A stretch of 64,000 nucleotides of DNA from Candidatus Acetothermia bacterium (lineage in GTDB: Bacteria > Bipolaricaulota > Bipolaricaulia > RBG-16-55-9 > JANLFV01). Below, in pieces: positions 28,531 to 37,948 of this stretch. The stretch lies in assembly GCA_024653345.1 (NCBI GenBank), contig JANLFV010000001.1, positions 9,179 through 73,178 on the forward strand. The letters run 5' to 3'. Each line of letters begins with the position of its first letter. Position 1 is the stretch's first letter. The notes under the pieces are model-generated. The model did not search any database. It was given only the letters and a program-made list of their open reading frames with translations, and was not told the origin of the DNA. The position numbers were made by a program, and so were the translations under genes.

Positions 28531-29418
28531 CTAGTGCTCATAGCCGAGGTCGGCCAGCTCCGCCTCCTTGCCCGCTTCCACCAGCGTGAGCCTCTTCCCC
28601 GGCAAGGCCTGCCCGATGACGAAAAGCTCGGCCGCCTCCCTGGCCGCGGGGAGCCTCTCCTCGGGGAGGGTGAAGAGGAGCTCGAAGTCCTCCCCGGTGA
28701 AGAGGGCCATCTCCTTCCGGGCCCTCTCGTCCGCGGCTAGCTCCTCGACCTCGGGCAGGACGGGGACCTCCTCGTATTCGATGCGGAAGCCCACCCCGCT
28801 CGCCTCCGCAAGCTGGTAGAGCGAGCGGGCCAGCCCGTCGGAGATGTCCATCATCGCCGAGGCAAATGGCGCGAGCCTCAGCCCCTCCTGAACCCTTGGG
28901 GTGAACCGGAAGAGCTCGTTGGCCCGCTCGAGCTGGCCAGACCTGAAGAGCTTGAGGGCCACGGCCGTCCGCCCGAGCGGGCCGGTCAGGCAGACCAGCT
29001 CGCCCGCTTTCGCCCCGGAGCGCAGGATCGGCCGGTCCGCCAGCCCGAGGGCCGTGCTCACGAGCGTCAGCTCCTGGTGGCGATCGAGGTCCCCGCCGAG
29101 GAGCTCAGCTCCGACTAGATGGCAGCAGGCCTCCAGCCCGGCGAGCAGCTCCTCGATGAAGCCCCTCTCAAACTGGGGCGCGCCCAGGGCCAGGACCAGC
29201 CCCAGCGGCCGACCGCCCATCGCCGCGATATCCGAGAAAGAGACCGCGGCCGCCCGCCAGCCGATGGTGTAAGCGCTTGCGCCCTTGGGGAGGTCGGTCG
29301 CCCGGTGGACCATGTCCGTGGTCAAGAGCAGATTCGTGCCCTGGAAGGGGATCACGGCGCAGTCGTCCCCGACCTCCAGCCGCTGGGCCAGGAGCCTCAG
29401 CACCTCGCGCTCTCGCAT
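28531..29418 (-). CDS. thiL: Thiamine-monophosphate kinase
   Basis: GDDCA, SDIAAMGG, GGD, MDISDGL, GEDFELLF, C-terminal GYEH. Confidence 0.93.
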   Translation of the reverse strand: MREREVLRLLAQRLEVGDDCAVIPFQGTNLLLTTDMVHRATDLPKGASAYTIGWRAAAVSFSDIAAMGGRPLGLVLALGAPQFERGFIEELLAGLEACCHLVGAELLGGDLDRHQELTLVSTALGLADRPILRSGAKAGELVCLTGPLGRTAVALKLFRSGQLERANELFRFTPRVQEGLRLAPFASAMMDISDGLARSLYQLAEASGVGFRIEYEEVPVLPEVEELAADERARKEMALFTGEDFELLFTLPEERLPAAREAAELFVIGQALPGKRLTLVEAGKEAELADLGYEH

Positions 29419-29496
29419 CGACTCGGTATACCAGCGGGCGGGCGGCCGTTCAAATCCGGGAGGGGCTGGGATAAAATAGGCCGGGAGGTGGTGGCG

Positions 29497-30522
29497 ATGA
29501 CCAGGCGAGAGTTCCTGAGAGCGCTCACCGGAGGCCTATTGCTCATCGAGCTTGGCTCTCATGCTCATTCGATTTCGGCGAGGGCGGGAGCTCAACCTCA
29601 ACCCCAGCCCAAGTCCCCCGTCTCGCTCGTCAAGGCCCAAGACCGGCGAGAGGGGGTCCGGGCCGCGGTGGAGTTGCTCGGCCTGCCCGAGGATCAGTTT
29701 TCAGGGAAGGAGGTAATCCTCAAGCCGAACTTCAACAGCGCTGACCCCTTCCCGGGGTCGACACATAACGATACTCTTGCAGCTTTGGTAGAGCTGCTGC
29801 GGGAAAGGGGGGCAAGCAAGATCATCGTGGCCGACCGGAGCGGGATGGGCGTCACAAGGTCGGTCATGGAGGCAAAGGGGATCTTCAAGTTGGCCGAACA
29901 GATGGGCTTTCAGGCCATCCCGATCGATGACCTTCCTGCCGAGGAGTGGGAGCATCTCCCCCTCGAGGGGAGCCACTGGAAGCGCGGGGTGGAGCTGCCA
30001 AAGCTCTTCCTCCAGGCCGGGAGCATCGTCCAGACCTGCTGCCTCAAGACCCACCAATACGGCGGTCACTTCACGATGAGCCTGAAGAACTCTGTGGGGA
30101 TGGTCGCCCGCTACTCCGTGGAGGATGGCTATGATTACATGATGGAATTGCACTCTTCACGCTACCAGCGCCAGATGATCGCCGAGATCAATGTGCTCTA
30201 CAGGCCAGATCTGATCGTGCTCGATGCCCTGGAAGCCTTCGTCCGGGGCGGGCCGGACAAGGGGCCGAAGGAGAGCCCCGGAGTGATCCTCGCCTCTCAA
30301 GATCGCGTGGCGCTCGATGCCGCGGGGGTGGCGATCTTGAGGATGTATCAAATGACCACGGCCGTTGCGCGGGGGAGGATCTTCGACCAAGCCCAGATCC
30401 GAAGGGCTGTGGAGCTGGGCCTGGGAGCGAGCTCGCCCGAGGAGATCGAGCTGGTCCCCGCCGCCGACCCCGAGAGCCGGGCCTTCGCCCAGGCGGTCCG
30501 GGAGATCTTGGACAGGGGCTAA
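29497..30522 (+). CDS. DUF362-family protein with Tat signal
   Basis: MTRREFL twin-arginine; VILKPN, LKTH, TMSLKN, DRVALDA. Confidence 0.85.
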   Translation: MTRREFLRALTGGLLLIELGSHAHSISARAGAQPQPQPKSPVSLVKAQDRREGVRAAVELLGLPEDQFSGKEVILKPNFNSADPFPGSTHNDTLAALVELLRERGASKIIVADRSGMGVTRSVMEAKGIFKLAEQMGFQAIPIDDLPAEEWEHLPLEGSHWKRGVELPKLFLQAGSIVQTCCLKTHQYGGHFTMSLKNSVGMVARYSVEDGYDYMMELHSSRYQRQMIAEINVLYRPDLIVLDALEAFVRGGPDKGPKESPGVILASQDRVALDAAGVAILRMYQMTTAVARGRIFDQAQIRRAVELGLGASSPEEIELVPAADPESRAFAQAVREILDRG

Positions 30523-30527
30523 CGGAC

Positions 30528-30992
30528 TTGGGGCCCGAGCTCAGCTTCCGAGCGAAGACCGAGCGAGACCATGCGGGCATGTTAGAAGTAGCGCGCGCCC
30601 TCCCGCAGTGGTTCACTAGAGAGGGACTGGAGGAGATGGCCCAGGATTTCGAACTTCACGACGGATTCGTCGCGACCGAGGGAGATGAGATCGTGGGGTT
30701 CATCACCTACGAGACTCTTGCAGTAGACTTAGCCGAGCTGAGCTGGATGGGAGTCCGACCGGAGTATCAGCGCCGAGGCATAGGCAAGAGGCTTTTGCAA
30801 TTGGCGCAGGAACGCCTCATCGCTCAGCGCATCAAGATCCTGCAAGCGGCCACCGCCGCTGACAGCGTCCTCTACGAGCCCTATGCCAGGACGCGGGCCT
30901 TCTACCAGGCGAACGGGTTCCGGGACTATCGCGTTGACCGCGGCTACTTCCCCAATGGGGATGACCGCCTCCTCCTACAGAAGGAGCTATAA
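30528..30992 (+). CDS. GNAT acetyltransferase
   Basis: VRPEYQRRGIGKRLL motif A; RAFYQANGF. Confidence 0.88.
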   Translation: MGPELSFRAKTERDHAGMLEVARALPQWFTREGLEEMAQDFELHDGFVATEGDEIVGFITYETLAVDLAELSWMGVRPEYQRRGIGKRLLQLAQERLIAQRIKILQAATAADSVLYEPYARTRAFYQANGFRDYRVDRGYFPNGDDRLLLQKEL

Positions 30993-31007
30993 TTCTCTTC
31001 GGTCGGC

Positions 31008-31766
31008 ATGGACCTCAAGTGCGATTACGGCAAGATAGCCCCGTCCTACGATCGTTACCGAGACCTCTCCCCAGAGTTGCTCGAGGGCTGGCTGGGCGTG
31101 CTCATCCGCTGGGGGAGGCCCTCTCCCGGGATGAAGGCCCTCGATATCGGCTGTGGGACGGGCAGATTAACCATCCCTCTCCAAAGGCTGACCGGAGCAG
31201 AGGTCTGGGGCCTCGACCTCTCGGAGGAGATGCTCGAGCAGGCTAGGCAGAAGAAAGGGGCCGCGGGGGTGCACTGGGTCCTGGGGGATGCCCAGGCCCT
31301 CCCCTTCCCTGAGGGGGCCTTCGACTTCGCCTTCATGTGCCTGGTCCTCCATCATCTGGGGGACAAGGCCCAGGCGATCAGAGAGATGCATCGCGTCCTC
31401 AGGCCTGGCGGGCGGGGCCTGGTCTGGACCGTCTCGCACCGCCAGATCCGGGAATCCCCGCTGAACGCGTTCTTCCCCAGCCTGGCGGAGATCGACCTTG
31501 CGAGGTTCCCCTCGATCAGGGAGATCCGGGCCCTCATGGAGGGCGCGGGGTTCTCGGCCATTCGGGAGGAGGAGCTCGCCTTTCAAGAGGAGACGCCCAC
31601 GAGCTGCTATCTCGAGCGCGTGAGGAACAGATACATCTCGACCCTGGAGTTGCTCAGCCCGGCGGAGTTCGCCTCAGGTCTGGCCAAGCTGGAGAAGAGC
31701 CTGGCAAACAAGCGCGACCAGATGACCCGCACCCAGCAGTTCACGATCATCGTCGGTGAGAGGTAA
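31008..31766 (+). CDS. Class I SAM-dependent methyltransferase
   Basis: LDIGCGTG, GLDLS, GDAQALPF, RVLRPGG. Confidence 0.92.
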   Translation: MDLKCDYGKIAPSYDRYRDLSPELLEGWLGVLIRWGRPSPGMKALDIGCGTGRLTIPLQRLTGAEVWGLDLSEEMLEQARQKKGAAGVHWVLGDAQALPFPEGAFDFAFMCLVLHHLGDKAQAIREMHRVLRPGGRGLVWTVSHRQIRESPLNAFFPSLAEIDLARFPSIREIRALMEGAGFSAIREEELAFQEETPTSCYLERVRNRYISTLELLSPAEFASGLAKLEKSLANKRDQMTRTQQFTIIVGER

Positions 31767-32037
31767 GGTGGTGGCCGAGCCACGGTTCATCGCCGAGGAG
31801 GTCGAGGTCCGCTTTGCCGAGAGGCCCGGCCTGCCTTCGGCCTTTACCTTGCAAGGGAAGGAGCACAGGATCGTTGAGATCCTGAGCGCCCGGCAGGCGC
31901 TGGACTTCAAGCGGTCCTGGTGGCGGAGGCGCCATCGGGACTATTATCTGGTGCGGACCGATCAGGGGAGGACCTTCGAGCTCTACTTCCACCGCGGTCC
32001 GGGGCGGCGGTATTGGGTGCTCTATCGCGAGCTTTGA
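31756..32037 (+). CDS. DUF6504-like small protein
   Basis: PSAF...HRIVEIL...WW...RDYYLVRT..GRTFELY pattern. Confidence 0.7.
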   Translation: MRGKVVAEPRFIAEEVEVRFAERPGLPSAFTLQGKEHRIVEILSARQALDFKRSWWRRRHRDYYLVRTDQGRTFELYFHRGPGRRYWVLYREL

Positions 32038-32072
32038 CTATGCGGCGGCTCTGAGAGGGAGAGTGGCGGCGC

Positions 32073-32864
32073 ATGACGAAGGACTGGGTCCAGGAGCTGT
32101 TCATCGAGCACGGCGAGCTCTTCCAAGCCTTCTTGGAGGAGCGACTGGCGCGGACGGAAGAGGAGGTCCGGGGGCTCCTCAACCTCTTTCAGGAGTATGG
32201 AGTGAGGCCCGGGAGCAAGATCTTGGACCTGAACTGCGGGATCGGGAGGCATAGCCTCTACTTGGCAAAAGGAGGCTATCAAGTCACGGGGATCGACATC
32301 TCCCCGCGGTATATCGCCCGAGCCAAGGAGCTGGCGCAAGAGCATGGCGTCCTTGAGCGGGCGGAGTTCTTGGCCATGGATGCCCGCCGGGTCGAGGGCC
32401 TCGCGCCCCGGAGGTTCGATGTGGTCATCAACATGTTCACTTCGCTCGGCTACTATGATGAGGCGACCGATGAGAGCATCCTCCGGCAGTGCCTGGCCCT
32501 GACAGAGAAGGGCGGCCTCTTCGTCCTGGAGATCGGCTCCCGCGACTGGATCGTCCGGCACTTCGAGCGCGCCGGTCTAGCCCGCGTGGGGGACCTCTTG
32601 GTGGTCGAGGAGCGCGGGTTGAACCTCGAGACCTCCAGGATGGAGAACCTCTGGACCTTCTTCGAGAAGACCCTGAGGGGCTATCGCTTCAAGGCCGAGA
32701 TCGCCTTGAATCATCGCCTTTACAGCCTCCATGAACTGATCGCGCTCTTCCACCGGGCCGGATGGAGATATCGCCAGGCCTATAGTAACCTGGAGCTGAA
32801 AGAGCCCTCGCTCGATGGATCAAGGCTCATTCTCGTTGCCCAGAAAGGGGGGCTTAGCCGATGA
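32073..32864 (+). CDS. Class I SAM-dependent methyltransferase
   Basis: ILDLNCGIGRH, GIDIS, NMFTSLGY. Confidence 0.9.
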   Translation: MTKDWVQELFIEHGELFQAFLEERLARTEEEVRGLLNLFQEYGVRPGSKILDLNCGIGRHSLYLAKGGYQVTGIDISPRYIARAKELAQEHGVLERAEFLAMDARRVEGLAPRRFDVVINMFTSLGYYDEATDESILRQCLALTEKGGLFVLEIGSRDWIVRHFERAGLARVGDLLVVEERGLNLETSRMENLWTFFEKTLRGYRFKAEIALNHRLYSLHELIALFHRAGWRYRQAYSNLELKEPSLDGSRLILVAQKGGLSR

Positions 32865-33862
32865 GCTACGGACTTGCTTGGCTGGTCTTCGTGATCTGCG
32901 CCGCGACGATCTTCCTTGCCAGTCGGCGGCTGACTGCGGCTGCCGATGAGATCGCCCTTGGAACGGGCCTGGGCCGCGTCTTCATCGGCAGCGTCCTCCT
33001 TGCCGCGGTCACCTCGCTCCCCGAAGTCGCCACCGAGGGAGCCGCTGCCTCGATGCGGCTCGTCGATATCGCCCTGGGCGACCTGTTCGGGAGCAACATC
33101 TACAACATGACCATCCTCGCGGTCGCGGGGATCATCTGGGGCCGGGGGGCACTCCTGGGCGTGGCTTCGACCTCCCACTTGGCCACGGCCTTCATGGGGA
33201 TGCTCCTCTCGGCCATCGCCGCTCTCGGCCTCCTCACCCGTCCGAACATCGGCCTGCTGGGCGTCGGCGTCGAGGTCTACATCATCTTGGCTATTTACAG
33301 TGTCGGGATCTGGAACCTGCGGAGGAACAGGATCTCCGAGGCAGCCGATCCAAACGTGAGCGCGCTCGTTCAGCTCGCGGGCAAGGAGAGGAGCCTGACG
33401 CGGGCCTGGGCCGAATTCCTCATCTCGGCGGGATTGGTGATCGTCGCCGCGATCTTCCTCAGCAGATCGGCCGATATGATCGCCACAGCCACGGGGCTGG
33501 GGAGGACCTTCATCGGGACGCTCCTCGTGGCCGCGACGACCTCACTACCGGAGTTGGTCACGAGCATATTCGCGGTCCGGATGGGCGCGATCGACCTAGC
33601 CGTCGGGAATGTCCTGGGGAGCAATATCTTCAACATGAACATCCTCCTTGTCTCGGACATCTTCTATCGGGACGGCTACATCATCTCAGCGGGGAGCCAG
33701 GCCCACGCGATCACCACGCTCGTGGGCCTCGTGCTGAGCGGGCTGGTGGGGTTGGCGATCCTCCGGCCGATCCCGGGCCGGCTCGGGCGGGTGAGCCTGG
33801 AGTCAGTCATTATCCTCGCGGCCCACTTCGTCGGGATCTACCTCGTCTTCCTGCACCGCTAG
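32861..33862 (+). CDS. Ca2+/cation (YrbG-like) antiporter
   Basis: Two alpha-repeats TSLPE...G(D/N)..GSNI.N; about 10 TM segments. Confidence 0.92.
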   Translation: MSYGLAWLVFVICAATIFLASRRLTAAADEIALGTGLGRVFIGSVLLAAVTSLPEVATEGAAASMRLVDIALGDLFGSNIYNMTILAVAGIIWGRGALLGVASTSHLATAFMGMLLSAIAALGLLTRPNIGLLGVGVEVYIILAIYSVGIWNLRRNRISEAADPNVSALVQLAGKERSLTRAWAEFLISAGLVIVAAIFLSRSADMIATATGLGRTFIGTLLVAATTSLPELVTSIFAVRMGAIDLAVGNVLGSNIFNMNILLVSDIFYRDGYIISAGSQAHAITTLVGLVLSGLVGLAILRPIPGRLGRVSLESVIILAAHFVGIYLVFLHR

Positions 33863-33935
33863 CTCCCGGCCGTTCGGCAAGATGTGAAGGCTCCCGCCGA
33901 TCAACCAGTCCACGCTTAGGAGAGGAGGTGAGGCC

Positions 33936-34119
33936 ATGGAGAGGGCAGAGGACATCGGCCTCAGTCGTGAGGACCAGCTACAGCGGGAGCTTCTTTACCG
34001 ACTTCGAGGTCCTGGAACTGATCGCTAAGCCCCGCCGGCCCGGGAGGCGGCTCCCCGAGTATGAGCAGGCGGACTGGAAGGGCGATCTCGAGCAGTATTA
34101 CAGCCCGATCGAGCTCTAG
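33936..34119 (+). CDS. Small hypothetical protein, apparently split by a +1 frameshift near 33990-33996
   Basis: SD GGAGGTG then ATG 33936 gives a 30-aa frame; the +1 frame continues (TDFEVLELIAKPRR...YYSPIEL*) to 34119. Confidence 0.4.
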
Positions 34120-34126
34120 CCTAGCC

Positions 34127-34471
34127 CTAGCAGGTGAGATGCAAGGCGGCGGCGACCCGCCGCGAGCCGACCAGCTCGTTATAGGCCTCACAGGCGTCCT
34201 TGGTGTTCCGGACCAGCACCTCGATCCCGCGCCCCGCGAGGGCCTGGACGACCTCATCCGGGACGGCCACTAGGCCGTAGCGCCCCTTTCCTAAGACGAT
34301 GACCTCCGGCGAGGGCTCCTGCTCGAGAAGCCAGTTCAAATCGCGCAACTGGAGGTGGTGCCCCTCAGCTCGCCACCAGCCGACCACCTGGCCGCGGTAG
34401 ATCATCACATCGTTCCTGTATTCTTTACCGCCGATCACGATCTCGCCGAAGTGGTAGGACTCGATCTTCAT
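34127..34471 (-). CDS. Mth938-like (DUF498) protein
   Basis: MKIESYHFGEIVIGG, PEVIVLGKG.YG, ACEAYN, AALHLTC. Confidence 0.9.
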   Translation of the reverse strand: MKIESYHFGEIVIGGKEYRNDVMIYRGQVVGWWRAEGHHLQLRDLNWLLEQEPSPEVIVLGKGRYGLVAVPDEVVQALAGRGIEVLVRNTKDACEAYNELVGSRRVAAALHLTC

Positions 34472-34720
34472 CCTCCTCACCTCGCTTATGGACCGCCTCT
34501 GCAAAGGTCAAGGTCCCCGCACCTCCTTCGGAAGCTCTGCGCGGCACCAGGGCAGCCAGCGGCTCAGGAGGATCCGAAAGATGCTCATCGCGCCCCTCCA
34601 TATTCCAGTCTAATTGCTCCTTCAGGAGGGAGTCAAGAGCGCGGCTTGGTATCTCGATCGGTAGTGCTATCTCGCTTCCCGAGGTCAAGGCCGCCCTGGA
34701 TGAGGAGCAAGCTGCTTCAC

Positions 34721-35242
34721 TCAAGTAAACAGGGCCAGGAGCTCTTGAAATAGCCCATCCCGATTGGAGGGGGTGACCTCATAGACCGAGAATTCCCTCC
34801 GGATCCGCTGGGCCAGCGGGTGGGCCGACCGCTCCTGGACCGCGAACAAGAGGTGGCACTCCGATGCGAGGGCCGCTTCCACGGCCTCGACGAACTTCGG
34901 GCTGGCGAGCTCCATCGGTGCGAGCTCGTCGATCACCAATAGCTCCTTGGCCTTGAGGGCCTCCATGATCGCTGGGACGGCGAGCTCCTCGATGTCCTTC
35001 AGGTTCACGCGATACTTCCCGACCCGCGGGCCGGCGGCGGAGGGAAGACCGGTGTGGGCCAAGAGTCCTCGCCGGCCAGTAGAGATGTCGATGATCGCAA
35101 AGCCCTTCCGGGCTCGGCCCTCCCGGATCTCCTCGGTGTAGATCCCTCCGAGGCTCAAGCCGGGCTGGAGGGCCCTCACGACCTTCCGGATGAGGGTGGT
35201 CTTCCCGCACCCGGGCCGGCCGGTGATCGCGACGCGAATCAT
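34721..35242 (-). CDS. NTPase (THEP1/NTPase_1 family)
   Basis: ITGRPGCGKTT, RVGKYRV, LVIDELAPME. Confidence 0.9.
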   Translation of the reverse strand: MIRVAITGRPGCGKTTLIRKVVRALQPGLSLGGIYTEEIREGRARKGFAIIDISTGRRGLLAHTGLPSAAGPRVGKYRVNLKDIEELAVPAIMEALKAKELLVIDELAPMELASPKFVEAVEAALASECHLLFAVQERSAHPLAQRIRREFSVYEVTPSNRDGLFQELLALFT

Positions 35243-36150
35243 GCTAAGAGGAGCGCTAGGACCCCCTTCTGGCCGTGGAGCCGGTTCTCCGCCTGGTCGT
35301 AGATCACGCTGTTCGGCGAGTGGGCCGCCTCGTAAGTGATCTCCTCCCCGTAGTGGGCCGGGAGGCAGTGCATCACCAGGCAGTCGGGCTTAGCGAGGCC
35401 GATCAGCCGCTCATTGATCTGAAAGCCGCGGAAGGCCCGCCGCCTTCGCTCGAGCTCGGCCTCCTGGCCCATCGAAGCCCAGACATCGGTGTAGAGGATA
35501 TCAGCCCCGCGGGCCGCCTCCTCGGGGTCGTGGACCACCTCGACCTTGGCCCCGGCCCCCTGGGCCTTGGCATGCTCGACGAACTCCTCCTTCGGCTCAT
35601 AGCCCTCGGGGCAGGCGATCGTCACACTCACTCCCAGTTTCGGCCCGCCCGCAAGCCAGGCATGGGCCACATTGTTCCCATCGCCGATGAAGGCGAGCTT
35701 CAGCCCCTCGAGCCGCCGCCTCTTCTCATAGATCGTCAGAAGGTCTCCCAGGATCTGACAGGGGTGTTCGAGGTCCGAGAGGCCATTGATCACCGGGACC
35801 TCGGCGAACCTGGCCAGCTCCTCGACGATCTCGTGGCCGAAGACACGGGCCATGAGCCCGTCGACATACCTTGAGAGGACCCGGGCGACATCCTCGACCG
35901 TCTCCCGCTCGCCGAGCCGGATCTCCTCCGGGCCGAGGTAGAGCGCCCGCCCGCCGAGCTGGTTCATCCCCACCTCGAAGGAGACCCGCGTCCGCAAGGA
36001 AGGCTTCTGGAAGATCAGTCCCAGGGTCTTCCCCTTAAGCAAGGGCCGGTTCCCTCCGGCCCGAAGCTCCCGCTTCAGATGAAGAGAGAGCTCGAGGGCC
36101 TCCCAGATCTCCTCCCGGCCCCAGTCGCGCAACGAGACTAGATGCCTCAT
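35239..36150 (-). CDS. argF: Ornithine carbamoyltransferase
   Basis: FQKPSLRTRVSF, HPCQ, YTDVWASMG, HCLP, DQAENR. Confidence 0.93.
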   Translation of the reverse strand: MRHLVSLRDWGREEIWEALELSLHLKRELRAGGNRPLLKGKTLGLIFQKPSLRTRVSFEVGMNQLGGRALYLGPEEIRLGERETVEDVARVLSRYVDGLMARVFGHEIVEELARFAEVPVINGLSDLEHPCQILGDLLTIYEKRRRLEGLKLAFIGDGNNVAHAWLAGGPKLGVSVTIACPEGYEPKEEFVEHAKAQGAGAKVEVVHDPEEAARGADILYTDVWASMGQEAELERRRRAFRGFQINERLIGLAKPDCLVMHCLPAHYGEEITYEAAHSPNSVIYDQAENRLHGQKGVLALLLA

Positions 36151-36151
36151 T

Positions 36152-36436
36152 TCAGTGGCCCTTCTGGAGCTCCCGCAGCTCACGCGACGTGGTCACGATG
36201 TGGGTGTTGGTGCTGACCACGCCCTTGATCGTCGCGATCTCCTTGGTGACGATCTCGTCCAACTTCCGGACCGAGAAGGTGTCGAGCAGTTCCTCGACTT
36301 CGAGATAAGCGACCACATCATAGTCTCCGAAGAGGGTATCCGCCAGCTTGACATGCTTCCCCGCGAGCAGCCGTCTTGCCACCTCTTCGGCCATTCCACC
36401 CTCACACTTGAGCAGGACGTAAGCATTGACTGCCAC
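36152..36436 (-). CDS. Stand-alone Lrp/AsnC ligand-binding (RAM) domain protein
   Basis: AYVLL...FGDYDVVA...IKGVVSTNTHIV; no HTH. Confidence 0.85.
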   Translation of the reverse strand: MAVNAYVLLKCEGGMAEEVARRLLAGKHVKLADTLFGDYDVVAYLEVEELLDTFSVRKLDEIVTKEIATIKGVVSTNTHIVTTSRELRELQKGH

Positions 36437-36451
36437 CGTTGCCTCCTTTGA

Positions 36452-37552
36452 TCATTTCATGCTCAGGTATTCCGAGCTGAACTCTTCCCCGTTGATCCGA
36501 CAGAGCCGGAAGCCTTGCGGGCTCCCATCGGGATTGGAGCCGTTCCAGTGGACCCCATCATCGCCCCACCAGCGGCCGGAGAGGGCACCGGTCACGATAT
36601 TCGTGATCCCTGCTTCTCTAGTATAGGTCGCGTGCTCGTGGCCGGCCAGGGCGGCCTTGACATTGTAGCCCCGGACGAGCTCCAGGAGCTTATCGTAATT
36701 CCGGCAGAGGAAGAGCGGCTGGTGGGAGAAGAGGAGGATCGGCCGGTCTTTGGGCTGAAGGGCAAGGTCCTGCCCGAGCCAGGCCAACTCCTCTTCGCTC
36801 AGCCAATTAGTGGGGAGCGGCTCGGGCGAGTTCCCGTCCAGGACGATGAAGTGCCACTCCCCGAAGTCGAAGGAATACCACAGCGGGCCGAAGTGCTTTT
36901 GGTAAGCCCCTTTGTAATACTCTGGAAGGCTAGGGTCAAGGGCGCAGGCGCAGTCGTGGTTCCCGATGGCATGGAACAGCGGCGAGGCCAGGCCGCTTGT
37001 GGCCTCGCGGTAGAGCGTGAAGGCGGCCTCGACCTCTTCGAGGGTATCGGCCAGGTTCGTGTAGTAGCAGACATCGAAGACCAGATCGCCTGTGGAGACG
37101 ACGAAGTCCGGCCCGAGCCCGTTGGCCCGGGCGACGAACTCCTCCACCGCGGTCTTGGCCTGAGGGATGATGTGGATATCAGTGACCTGGATGAAGGTAA
37201 ATTCCTGGGCGATCGGGATCGGGTAGAGAGGGAAGTCGAGGCTCGTGCCCGTGGCCGCGAAGCGCGCCTCCTCGATATGGCGATAGAACTGGTCGGTCCA
37301 CCAGCCGGAGGGGATGCTGACGAAGACAATCCTGCTCCCGGCGCCGAGGGCGAAGCTGAAGGACCCGTCAGCCGCGGTGGCGACGATCTCCTTGCCGTCA
37401 CTTACCAGAACCCCTTCCAGGCCGCTCTCGCCGCTGTCGGGGACTCCGTTGAGATTGGCATCGTGGAAGACGGTGCCGGTGATGATATGCTCCGCTCCGG
37501 CAGTCCCCCCGACCAGGGCTAACAGGAGAGCCAAGATGAAGAGCTTGCGCAT
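36452..37552 (-). CDS. Secreted calcineurin-like metallophosphoesterase
   Basis: Signal peptide; GTVFHDANLNG...GVLVSDG N-domain; TDIH, TGDL, IGNHD, HQP, GHEH. Confidence 0.9.
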   Translation of the reverse strand: MRKLFILALLLALVGGTAGAEHIITGTVFHDANLNGVPDSGESGLEGVLVSDGKEIVATAADGSFSFALGAGSRIVFVSIPSGWWTDQFYRHIEEARFAATGTSLDFPLYPIPIAQEFTFIQVTDIHIIPQAKTAVEEFVARANGLGPDFVVSTGDLVFDVCYYTNLADTLEEVEAAFTLYREATSGLASPLFHAIGNHDCACALDPSLPEYYKGAYQKHFGPLWYSFDFGEWHFIVLDGNSPEPLPTNWLSEEELAWLGQDLALQPKDRPILLFSHQPLFLCRNYDKLLELVRGYNVKAALAGHEHATYTREAGITNIVTGALSGRWWGDDGVHWNGSNPDGSPQGFRLCRINGEEFSSEYLSMK

Positions 37553-37948
37553 TGAGCCGCTCACCTCCTCACTGGCACGATCATAGCCCCGCCAAGCAGG
37601 GCATGCCAAATCGAGTGAGTGTGAAACCTAGCTGCCCCAGAGAGCCACACCTGGCCGGCCGAGTTCCTCGCTGTTTGTAAGCCTTTTTCGCCGTCTCGGC
37701 CTTGGCCCGCTTCTTCCCGAGCTCAAGCCGGCTCCTCTGCTCAAGCTCCGATCGCGCTGAGCTTTGTCTCCCCTGACGCTGCTCTAGGATCACTGTTGCC
37801 AAGTATCGTCCGAACCGCCTGCTGAACCCCGCGGCCGGCGCCAGCAGCCCGCACCTAGCTGCCGACCAGAGAAGATGCTCCGTGCTCGCGTCGTTCTGGA
37901 ATGCACTGGGGATCGATGCAAGCTGATCGAAGAGGTGGGGCCTTAATC

